Origin: an uncultured Candidatus Saccharibacteria bacterium
Lineage (GTDB): Bacteria; Patescibacteriota; Minisyncoccia; Phycocordibacterales; JAACPR01
Direction of reading: 5' to 3'
Assembly (NCBI GenBank): GCA_964470825.1
Contig: CAYYEF010000002.1
Span: 1 to 62,035 of the forward strand
DNA: 62,035 bases
Numbering within the stretch: position 1 is the stretch's first letter; each line of letters opens with the position of its first letter. The notes beneath the pieces are model-generated. The model was not told the origin of the DNA. It made no database searches and worked only from the letters and a program-made list of their open reading frames with translations. Of the stretch, positions 17,445 to 24,344 are shown in pieces. Both the position numbers and the translations under genes were made by a program.

Positions 17445-18539
17445 TTAAACCCTGAATTCAATTACGTCTCCATCTTTCACAATATATTCTTTACCTTCTA
17501 TTCTCAATTTTCCTTTTTCACGTGCCACTGCATAAGAACCGCATTCAATCAAATCGGTATAAGCAATAACTTCGGCACGAATAAATTTATCCTTAAAATC
17601 AGAGTGAATAGCGCGACCAGCTTCGGGTGCAGTAGAATCCCGTAAAGTTGTCCAAGCCCTTGTCTCAACTTCACCGGTTGTTAAATAAGTAATTAAATTA
17701 AGAGTCTCATAACTTTTCTTAATTAAATCATCTAAACCATTTCCAAGGTTAATATCTGATCTAAAGATATTTTTTTCTTCATCACTCATATCTTTCAAAT
17801 CATTTTCAGTACTAGCGTCTACAAAAACATAGTTGGCCTTATTATCATCAAAAAATTTCTTTAACTTTTGCCATCTTTCATCATTCATTTCATCCAAATT
17901 TTTTCCACCAGATTTTTTATTTAGAACATATAGAATTTTTTTAGTAGTTAAAAGATTTAATTTTTTTAAAACTAAACTTTCTTCCTCAGTCCATTCGACT
18001 GAATTAGCCATTTTACCTGCCTCAAAAAGCTTCAGGGCTTTATTCAAGACTTCTGCTTCAAAAACAGCTTCTTTAATTCCTCTCTTTAAATCACTAGAAA
18101 TATTTCCAAGTCTTTTTGAGACGGTTTCTTGATCGGCTAAAATTAATTCCAGATTAATAACTTCTATATCTGAAAGTGGATTCACTTCATTATGAACGTG
18201 AGTAATATTAGCGTCTTCGAAAATTCGTACCACTTCGGCGATAGCATCTACTTCACGGATGTTAGTTAAAAATTTATTTCCCAAACCTTCACCTTGGCTT
18301 GCTCCCTTAACAAGACCGGCAATGTCGGTAAATTCCACTACAGCTGGAATAATTTTTTGTGATTTAGAAAGTTCAGATAATTTTTGTAATCGCTCATCCG
18401 GTACGGGAACAATTCCTACTGATGGATCAATAGTACAAAAAGGATAATTTTCGGCTGAAACCGATTTTTTAGTTAAGGCATTAAAAAGTGTTGATTTACC
18501 TACGTTTGGCAGACCAACGATTCCGATTGATAGTGACAT
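17445..18539 (-). CDS. ychF: redox-regulated ribosome-binding ATPase YchF
   Basis: GIVGLPNVGKSTLFNALT, DIAGLVKGAS, C-terminal TGS domain ending DGDVIEFRV. Confidence 0.95.
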   Translation of the reverse strand: MSLSIGIVGLPNVGKSTLFNALTKKSVSAENYPFCTIDPSVGIVPVPDERLQKLSELSKSQKIIPAVVEFTDIAGLVKGASQGEGLGNKFLTNIREVDAIAEVVRIFEDANITHVHNEVNPLSDIEVINLELILADQETVSKRLGNISSDLKRGIKEAVFEAEVLNKALKLFEAGKMANSVEWTEEESLVLKKLNLLTTKKILYVLNKKSGGKNLDEMNDERWQKLKKFFDDNKANYVFVDASTENDLKDMSDEEKNIFRSDINLGNGLDDLIKKSYETLNLITYLTTGEVETRAWTTLRDSTAPEAGRAIHSDFKDKFIRAEVIAYTDLIECGSYAVAREKGKLRIEGKEYIVKDGDVIEFRV

Positions 18540-18541
18540 AA

Positions 18542-18763
18542 TTATTTCATTAACTCCTGAATACGATCTTTATATTTCATCATCACTTCCATTGAAGCCA
18601 TTTGTTGGTTTTGGCCATTTTTTGTTTTTTGCTTTACCTCCTCAGCAATTTTTTTGAACAAGTTAGGATCTTTTTCAAAAGCATTAAGAATCATTTCTTG
18701 TTGAGCTTCTGGCACACCCTTCATTTGGGCTTTTAACATTTTTCGCATTAAAAAATTAAACAT
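18542..18763 (-). CDS. hypothetical small protein (73 aa, helical, Met/Lys/Gln-rich)
   Basis: ORF tightly packed between neighbours (2-nt gap to ychF); no recognisable domain. Confidence 0.45.
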   Translation of the reverse strand: MFNFLMRKMLKAQMKGVPEAQQEMILNAFEKDPNLFKKIAEEVKQKTKNGQNQQMASMEVMMKYKDRIQELMK

Positions 18764-18774
18764 AGGTATATAAT

Positions 18775-19101
18775 TTACCCTTTTTTCTCTTTATAGTCCA
18801 TACCTTCAGAACCTAAACCATCTGATTCATATTGAATAGTTTCATTTTTTAGCTTTATTTTTAATCTTTCAATTTCTTCTGATAAATCTTTTATTTTATA
18901 TTTCTTTAAAATTAAATTTGGCAAAATAGCGGTTAGGGTAAACAGAACACCCAGAAAAACAGAAACAAGAATTACAATTCCCGAAATAACTTCAGTTTGA
19001 TAAGTTAAAAAATATAAATTAACAACTTCTCGATTTTGAAAAATAAATAATAATATACTAGAGACGAGCAGAGTTAAAACTATTGTAATAAAGTATTTCA
19101 T
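18775..19101 (-). CDS. LapA-domain (DUF1049-like) small membrane protein
   Basis: two TM helices followed by a coiled-coil tail, typical LapA_dom layout. Confidence 0.5.
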   Translation of the reverse strand: MKYFITIVLTLLVSSILLFIFQNREVVNLYFLTYQTEVISGIVILVSVFLGVLFTLTAILPNLILKKYKIKDLSEEIERLKIKLKNETIQYESDGLGSEGMDYKEKKG

Positions 19102-19106
19102 AATTT

Positions 19107-20087
19107 TTATAGATATCTTTTAATATTTGATAAGTGCCCTTTATAATCTGAAGAACATCTAATATTGCCGTATCTGTCATGCAAATAAAAAATACAAGAT
19201 GTTTGAAGTGGATTCATAGCTGCTTCCAAGGCGGCTTTACCAGGATTTGCAATCGGTGTTGGTGGTAATCCTTTATTTTGATAAAGATTATATGGAGACT
19301 CTACATATTTATCTTCTGATTTTGGAACTGGCCACCAATTTTTCTCATCACCTTTTACATATTGGAGAGTTGCGTCAATTTGCAGTGGCATTTCTTTAAA
19401 AATTCTATTCCAAATAACACCAGAAATTAAACGCATATCATGTTTACCAGCAGCTTCACGTTGAATAAGAGAAGCTATTTTTACAACCTGATCTTGATCT
19501 AAAATGTTCGCTGAGTTTTTAACCTTTGCTAGATTTGAAAAATTTTCTTGAAAACGAGCTTCCATTTTTAATAGAATTGCTTGAACTGTTGCATCTTTAG
19601 GAACCAAATATTCTCCTGGAGCTAAATAACCTTCTCGACCAGCCACAGGACAAGAAGGAAAATCTGCTGTGAATTCTGCTATTTTTGTCTCATCCCAATT
19701 TAGAGATTTTGCAAAAGCCTTGGCAATCTGTTCTTTGCGCCAACCTTCTTGGATAGCTACATATTTATAATCTGGATCTCTAAATTTACTATTAATAGCA
19801 AGAGCGCTCATACCATTTCTAAAGTAATATGCACCTGGCTCTGGCTCACCGGATATTTTAGTCATAATATAAGCCAGCCCGTAAGTAATTCTATTTTTAA
19901 TAATTCCCTGCTCTTGTAATTTTTCTAAAATATTTTTTGTATCATTATCTTTTTCAATAAAAACAATAGTTGGAGTTTCTTGAGGTGAAGTAGCATGCCA
20001 AGTATATAAAACAGCGCCAGTGGAAATAACCAAGGCAAATATAGTATTCGCATTAAAAACTTTTCTAAGAACGCCCCAAATTTTCAT
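19107..20087 (-). CDS. mltG: endolytic murein transglycosylase MltG (YceG family), paralog 2
   Basis: ASLIQREAAG..., LQIDATLQY, YNLYQNKGLPPTPIANPG. Confidence 0.88.
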   Translation of the reverse strand: MKIWGVLRKVFNANTIFALVISTGAVLYTWHATSPQETPTIVFIEKDNDTKNILEKLQEQGIIKNRITYGLAYIMTKISGEPEPGAYYFRNGMSALAINSKFRDPDYKYVAIQEGWRKEQIAKAFAKSLNWDETKIAEFTADFPSCPVAGREGYLAPGEYLVPKDATVQAILLKMEARFQENFSNLAKVKNSANILDQDQVVKIASLIQREAAGKHDMRLISGVIWNRIFKEMPLQIDATLQYVKGDEKNWWPVPKSEDKYVESPYNLYQNKGLPPTPIANPGKAALEAAMNPLQTSCIFYLHDRYGNIRCSSDYKGHLSNIKRYL

Positions 20088-20093
20088 ATTCTT

Positions 20094-20099
20094 ATTATA
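20094..20099 (-). promoter_or_regulatory. -10 box TATAAT, 6 nt from ATG 20087 (leaderless-type)
   Basis: read on minus strand, just downstream of the 20125-20172 terminator. Confidence 0.45.
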
Positions 20100-20124
20100 T
20101 TAGAAAAAGTTCTGATAATGAAGG

Positions 20125-20172
20125 GGAAAATAAAAACATGCATACTATCGATTACTCGAAAATATGCATGTT
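20125..20172 (-). terminator. intrinsic terminator after the 185-aa ORF
   Basis: perfect 10-bp stem AACATGCATA / TATGCATGTT (20135-20144, 20163-20172), 18-nt loop, then TTTTATTTT on minus strand. Confidence 0.6.
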
Positions 20173-20175
20173 GTA

Positions 20176-20733
20176 TTAGCAAATCATAGATTCAGACAAA
20201 AACGTTACAACTTCTTCGCGTTCCGTTTTTGAAAAAACCAGTTTTTCATCAAAAGATTCGTAAATCTTTTGACCGTATTTCCTGACAATTTCCTGGGTCA
20301 TCAGACTACCGTAATCAACGATTTTCAGTCGACCATTCTTATCAAAAAAGAAATTTTCTTTTCTGTAAAAATGATGCTGATCATTATTGGCTTCGAAATT
20401 AGTCAGGCGCAACATCTGACAAGTGAAATCATCGTTATCAATTAGACATGGACGAAATCCGATTTGTTGAATGTTGATCCAGGAATAATCTCCATTGTCA
20501 TCAAAATGCCTGAAAGAGAAGAAAGTGGGCTGAAGAAAAAGATTAAAATTTAATCCTCTCGTTTTGGAAAAGAAATTCCATTCACCGAAATTATGTTCAC
20601 TGCCAGCCTTATCGATTGGAAGTTTTACAACAAAATTATTGGACGGAACAAGGAAGACCTTTTTATTTTCTCCTTTAACACACTCAAATCCCTGTGAGAC
20701 AAAAAAGCTTTCTGCAAAGTTTGGAAGGTTCAT
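20176..20733 (-). CDS. hypothetical protein (185 aa), GC-shifted, immediately downstream of tRNA-Ala
   Basis: clean ORF with its own terminator; weak kinase-like pattern (VVKLP ... HHFYRKEN ... KIVDYG) but no catalytic Asp; composition richer in G+C and F/H/W than neighbours. Confidence 0.55.
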   Translation of the reverse strand: MNLPNFAESFFVSQGFECVKGENKKVFLVPSNNFVVKLPIDKAGSEHNFGEWNFFSKTRGLNFNLFLQPTFFSFRHFDDNGDYSWINIQQIGFRPCLIDNDDFTCQMLRLTNFEANNDQHHFYRKENFFFDKNGRLKIVDYGSLMTQEIVRKYGQKIYESFDEKLVFSKTEREEVVTFLSESMIC

Positions 20734-20775
20734 AGCTCTCTAAGCTATAACATAATTTTAAGAATAAATCAAATG

Positions 20776-20848
20776 TGGACGCGAGAGGACTCGAACCCCC
20801 TACCTCCTCAGTGCAAGTGAGGCGCTCTACCAGGTGAGCTACGCGCCC
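20776..20848 (-). tRNA. tRNA-Ala (anticodon UGC), 73 nt, CCA not encoded
   Basis: GGGCGCGTAGCTCA...; cloverleaf folds by hand; anticodon loop CTTGCAC; G3:U70 alanine identity pair; T-loop GGTTCGAGTCC. Confidence 0.93.
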
Positions 20849-20895
20849 GTTTTCCATTGCTTTTTAAGAGACAACGACCGAAAACGGTAAGAGAA

Positions 20896-20924
20896 ATAAT
20901 AACTTATTTTAGAAAATTTGTAAA
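20896..20924 (-). promoter_or_regulatory. predicted promoter TTTACA-N17-TATTAT upstream of tRNA-Ala
   Basis: hexamers read on minus strand, about 45 nt upstream of the mature tRNA 5' end. Confidence 0.45.
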
Positions 20925-20946
20925 TAATTAAATAAATTAAACAATT

Positions 20947-21906
20947 CTAAGCCAAATCAATTATATGCTTAAGAAATTTCTCATAATTAGAACCAACAGA
21001 ATCTATCCCCTTTAACAATGAAGACTCTTTATTTAGGCTAGGTAAGGAATTAGTTTCCAAAATATAAATTCCTCGTTTTGGATGAATAATAAAATCAGAA
21101 CGTGAATAGTGACGCAAACCTAAAGCCTGATGAGCTTTGGTAGCTAGTTCTTGCAATAAAACCTTTTCTTCATTAGAAAAATTTCCTGGGCATATTTGAT
21201 CTATTTGACCAGAATACTTTGCTTCATAATCAAAAAAATCACTTGAACCAGTTTTAATTTCAATTGGTAATAAGGCATAATGTTTTTGGTCACGAAATTC
21301 CTCAATTACCCCTACAGTAGCTTCTTTACCTTGAATATATTCTTCAATCATTAAACGATCGTAACTTACAAAAAGACTAATCATAGAATCTACCAGAGAA
21401 TTAAAATCACGAGCAATAGTTACTCCAACAGATGAACCTCGATCAATAGGTTTAATAATCACCGGCATTGGGAAACTTCTAAAAATAGATATTGCGGTCT
21501 GCTCTATATTCCCATTATTATCATTTCTATAAACTAATTTATGTAGGGGAGTTTTAATACCAAGATCTTTAAAAATTTTTTTAGCCATCACTTTATTCAT
21601 AGCTAGACTAGCACCAAGAGATTTTGGTCCAGTGAATTTAACTCCTAAATTTTCTAGCAATCGTTGAATTTGACCATCCTCTCCATACTCTCCGTGCATA
21701 GCATTAAAAACAACATCATGAGATCGAACTACAACATGTGGATCTGTCTTAAAACCTTTAATATACCAATCTCCATTTCTATCTATAATACAATCAGTTA
21801 CTGTGTACGAATTAGCCAAAGCATCAATAACCGCTTTGCCGGTCTTCAAAGAAACTTCATATTCACTAGAAGGTCCTCCCCTTACAACTAAAACTTTTTT
21901 CAACAT
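20947..21906 (-). CDS. ddl: D-alanine--D-alanine ligase
   Basis: ATP-grasp layout; GGPSSEYEVSL, HGEYGEDGQIQ, ETNSLPSL-type C-terminal motif. Confidence 0.94.
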   Translation of the reverse strand: MLKKVLVVRGGPSSEYEVSLKTGKAVIDALANSYTVTDCIIDRNGDWYIKGFKTDPHVVVRSHDVVFNAMHGEYGEDGQIQRLLENLGVKFTGPKSLGASLAMNKVMAKKIFKDLGIKTPLHKLVYRNDNNGNIEQTAISIFRSFPMPVIIKPIDRGSSVGVTIARDFNSLVDSMISLFVSYDRLMIEEYIQGKEATVGVIEEFRDQKHYALLPIEIKTGSSDFFDYEAKYSGQIDQICPGNFSNEEKVLLQELATKAHQALGLRHYSRSDFIIHPKRGIYILETNSLPSLNKESSLLKGIDSVGSNYEKFLKHIIDLA

Positions 21907-21910
21907 GCTT

Positions 21911-23221
21911 TTATTTTAGCATTTTTCTTTTTTCTCGGTGGAATTTTATTGCAAACCTGTGGGTATCTTGGTTTAAGAGTAAAATTTGATCATGTACTTT
22001 CTTAGAAAAATTCTCGCCACCTAAAATTTCTTTTGCCTTGTGTCTATCATCTTTCACGACGGAAACTATTTTAATTTTAGAAAAAGTTTCGGCTGATAAA
22101 ATATTTTTTATAGTTTTTATAGCTATATTTAATTGACCCTTTCCCCCGTCAACTACAATAATTTTTGGCAGAGACCATTCATTATGTTTAAAGCGCCGAG
22201 AAAGAACTTCTGCTAGAGCACCGTAATCGTCGCTTTTTCTAGCGGTTTTAATAATAAATTTACGATAATCTGATTTTTTCAATTCCCCATCTTCCATGAC
22301 AGTCATAACCCCAACAGTATTTGTTCCAGCAATATGAGCAATGTCGTAACTTTCTATTCTAAAAGTTTCATTATTCATTTCACTCATGTTTTCCTCGCCA
22401 GTTTTTTGTACTTCTAAATCACCTTCCTCTAAATGACTATCAATTTCTTTGATAAGAGAAACGTCTCTAATGTGGTCAAGAGCAAAAATATTTTTCTTAA
22501 TTTTAGAAGCTTTTTCAAATTCTAATTTTTTAGAAGCTTGTTTCATTTGCTTTTCTAAATTTTTCAAAATAGTTTTTTTCTTACCTGAAAATAGTAGTTC
22601 AATATTTTTAATATTTTGAAGATAATCTTCTCTAGAAACTTTGCCGCTATAAACATCGGGATAAATATTAATCTGAAAATTTAAATTATAGTTTTTAACT
22701 TTTTTTGGATCATTAATTTCCACCGGGGTTTTAGTATCAAAATATGGAAAAAGTTTTTTAACTAATTTCAAAGCTTCTTTTAATTGAGTACCGTTTGGAA
22801 ATGGACCAAAAGTTTTATTAATTTTTAAATCTTTGGCCATACCCAAATTATGTTTTAATTCTTTGCCACGAATTAATAAAACTCTTGGGAAAGATTCTTT
22901 TGTAAGAACAACGTAATTATAGCTACGGTCATCTTTTTCTTTTATATTATATTTAGGAGCATGTTTTTTAATTAAAGATGATTCTAGGATCAAAGCTTCT
23001 AAAACAGAATCAGAGACTTGAAAATCAATAGTGTCAGCCAAAGTAACCATATCAATAATTCTAGATCCTCTTGTAGAAATTAAGTCATTAGCAAAATAAC
23101 TACGAACTCTGTCTCGCAGTGAAGTAGCTTTACCAATATATAAAATTTCTTGACCTTTTTTAAAAAAATAAACGCCAGGTTTATCAGGTAAATTTATTTT
23201 TTTAAGCTGTTGACTGTTCAT
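21911..23221 (-). CDS. uvrC: excinuclease ABC subunit C, short form (no C-terminal (HhH)2 domain)
   Basis: GIY-YIG (PGVYFFKKGQEILYIGKA), UVR domain (LEFEKASKIKKNI), endonuclease core (IESYDIAHIAG...VVDGGKGQL...THRFAIKFHR); track start 23248 is GTG, the ATG at 23221 sits 7 nt after a TATAAT box. Confidence 0.9.
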   Translation of the reverse strand: MNSQQLKKINLPDKPGVYFFKKGQEILYIGKATSLRDRVRSYFANDLISTRGSRIIDMVTLADTIDFQVSDSVLEALILESSLIKKHAPKYNIKEKDDRSYNYVVLTKESFPRVLLIRGKELKHNLGMAKDLKINKTFGPFPNGTQLKEALKLVKKLFPYFDTKTPVEINDPKKVKNYNLNFQINIYPDVYSGKVSREDYLQNIKNIELLFSGKKKTILKNLEKQMKQASKKLEFEKASKIKKNIFALDHIRDVSLIKEIDSHLEEGDLEVQKTGEENMSEMNNETFRIESYDIAHIAGTNTVGVMTVMEDGELKKSDYRKFIIKTARKSDDYGALAEVLSRRFKHNEWSLPKIIVVDGGKGQLNIAIKTIKNILSAETFSKIKIVSVVKDDRHKAKEILGGENFSKKVHDQILLLNQDTHRFAIKFHREKRKMLK

Positions 23222-23228
23222 TAAATTG

Positions 23229-23234
23229 ATTATA
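23229..23234 (-). promoter_or_regulatory. -10 box TATAAT, 7 nt from uvrC ATG 23221 (leaderless-type)
   Basis: read on minus strand. Confidence 0.45.
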
Positions 23235-23319
23235 TATTTTTGCGCCACAAAATCAATCTTAATTTGCTTTTTATTTTAAACGGCGTATTCTTTACAAAAG
23301 AAAGGTATTTCAGATATTT

Positions 23320-23502
23320 ATGGAAGAAGATCAAGACTTTAAAGATATTAGTTTTGAGGAGAGGTGTATTTTGACCTTAAATCAAAAGAAGAAGAATCAT
23401 GAAAATCTGATTACTTATCATCAACAGGAGATTTCCAAAATTGATAAGCAAATTGAGATTTACATGACAAAAACGAAAGGAGGTGGAAAAAGAGATGTCT
23501 AA
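23320..23502 (+). CDS. hypothetical small acidic/coiled-coil protein (60 aa)
   Basis: ORF with ATG; overlaps the next ORF; no homology recognisable. Confidence 0.35.
   Translation: MEEDQDFKDISFEERCILTLNQKKKNHENLITYHQQEISKIDKQIEIYMTKTKGGGKRDV
23476..23486 (+). promoter_or_regulatory. strong Shine-Dalgarno AAAGGAGGTGG upstream of ATG 23495
   Basis: read directly; the only canonical GGAGG-type RBS I found in the window. Confidence 0.55.
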
Positions 23503-23668
23503 AAAAGGCAATAACTCACCAAAAAATCTTGGCAAAATGCTAAGAGGAGAACGTTCTCAGAACGGACTCAAAAAAATTTCTGTAGCAGGAATTCTGAGCG
23601 GTAAATACCATACCCCCAAAGGATCAATAACCAAGGCCACGGGTCACAAAGGAACTCTTCGCAGATAA
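23495..23668 (+). CDS. hypothetical small basic protein (57 aa, K/R/G-rich), GC-shifted
   Basis: MSKKGNNSPKNLGKMLRGERSQNGLKK...; ATG preceded by GGAGG; followed by a terminator; the track start 23483 is GTG. Confidence 0.45.
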   Translation: MSKKGNNSPKNLGKMLRGERSQNGLKKISVAGILSGKYHTPKGSITKATGHKGTLRR

Positions 23669-23703
23669 AAAAATAAACCAGCAATGAAAGTTGCTGGTTT
23701 TTT
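23667..23703. terminator. bidirectional intrinsic terminator between the small-ORF cassette and the pilin gene
   Basis: 9-bp stem AACCAGCAA / TTGCTGGTT with a 6-nt loop, flanked by an A-run and a T-run. Confidence 0.7.
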
Positions 23704-23707
23704 ATTA

Positions 23708-24286
23708 TTACCAATCTTGAGCACCTTTTGTATATAAAGCAAAGTGATAATCTCCACAAAACCAGTTAGCACCACCTTTCCAAAAAGGTTTACCGCTACT
23801 TGCAGGACTACCTTCTACACTACAATGAGAAGCTATTTTATAATCAACCCCATCAGACTGATAAATATAACAATATGCATAATTCCCTTCATTACCTTGA
23901 GTTGGTTTAAGGGAGGTTATTTTAGAACCTCTTAATGGATCTAGTGGTAAACTTTTAATATAGTTTGGGGCAAGATTTGGAATATAACCACTAGCTCCAG
24001 AAATTGTCTTTAAACCAGACCAGTAATCGCAGGTACTATACCAAATACCTCCTCCTGTAACTGGATATGAACCATTATCACTGTAATACGCCTCTAAAGC
24101 TGATCTCATTTGTACTAAATCTTGCATTCTTTTTGTATCTCTGGCTTTTGCACGAGCACTATTTAAACTAGCCATAACAACAGAAGCTAGAAGAGAAATT
24201 ATTGATATAACTACCAATAATTCAATTAATGTAAAACCAGTATTTTTTTTATTTTTAGATCTTACAAAATTTTCTGCTTTAAACAT
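23708..24286 (-). CDS. type IV pilin / pseudopilin-like protein with prepilin N-terminal cleavage-methylation motif
   Basis: leader MFKAENFVRSKNKKNTG | FTLIELLVVISIISLLASVV (G-1, F+1, E+5); Cys-rich C-terminal globular part; the track start 24307 is GTG. Confidence 0.85.
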   Translation of the reverse strand: MFKAENFVRSKNKKNTGFTLIELLVVISIISLLASVVMASLNSARAKARDTKRMQDLVQMRSALEAYYSDNGSYPVTGGGIWYSTCDYWSGLKTISGASGYIPNLAPNYIKSLPLDPLRGSKITSLKPTQGNEGNYAYCYIYQSDGVDYKIASHCSVEGSPASSGKPFWKGGANWFCGDYHFALYTKGAQDW

Positions 24287-24293
24287 ATGACAG

Positions 24294-24302
24294 ATTATAT
24301 CA
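24294..24302 (-). promoter_or_regulatory. extended -10 TGaTATAAT, 7 nt from pilin ATG 24286 (leaderless-type)
   Basis: read on minus strand. Confidence 0.45.
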
Positions 24303-24344
24303 TGCACTCTTTAATATCTTTTTGTACTTTTTAAATTGATTTAA

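Noticed and set aside
20734-20946. An integrated mobile element at tRNA-Ala (integrase, att direct repeat of the tRNA 3' end).
   Set aside because: There is no integrase or recombinase ORF, and I could find no copy of the tRNA 3' segment downstream of the 185-aa ORF. Only the compositional shift remains, and it is reported as a finding.
23500-23900. A possible diversity-generating retroelement, with the pilin C-terminus as variable region and the GC-shifted small-ORF region as template repeat.
   Set aside because: Only a 9-nt shared string (tttaccgct) was found between the two regions. There is no reverse transcriptase or Avd gene in the window, and no A-to-N mismatch pattern.
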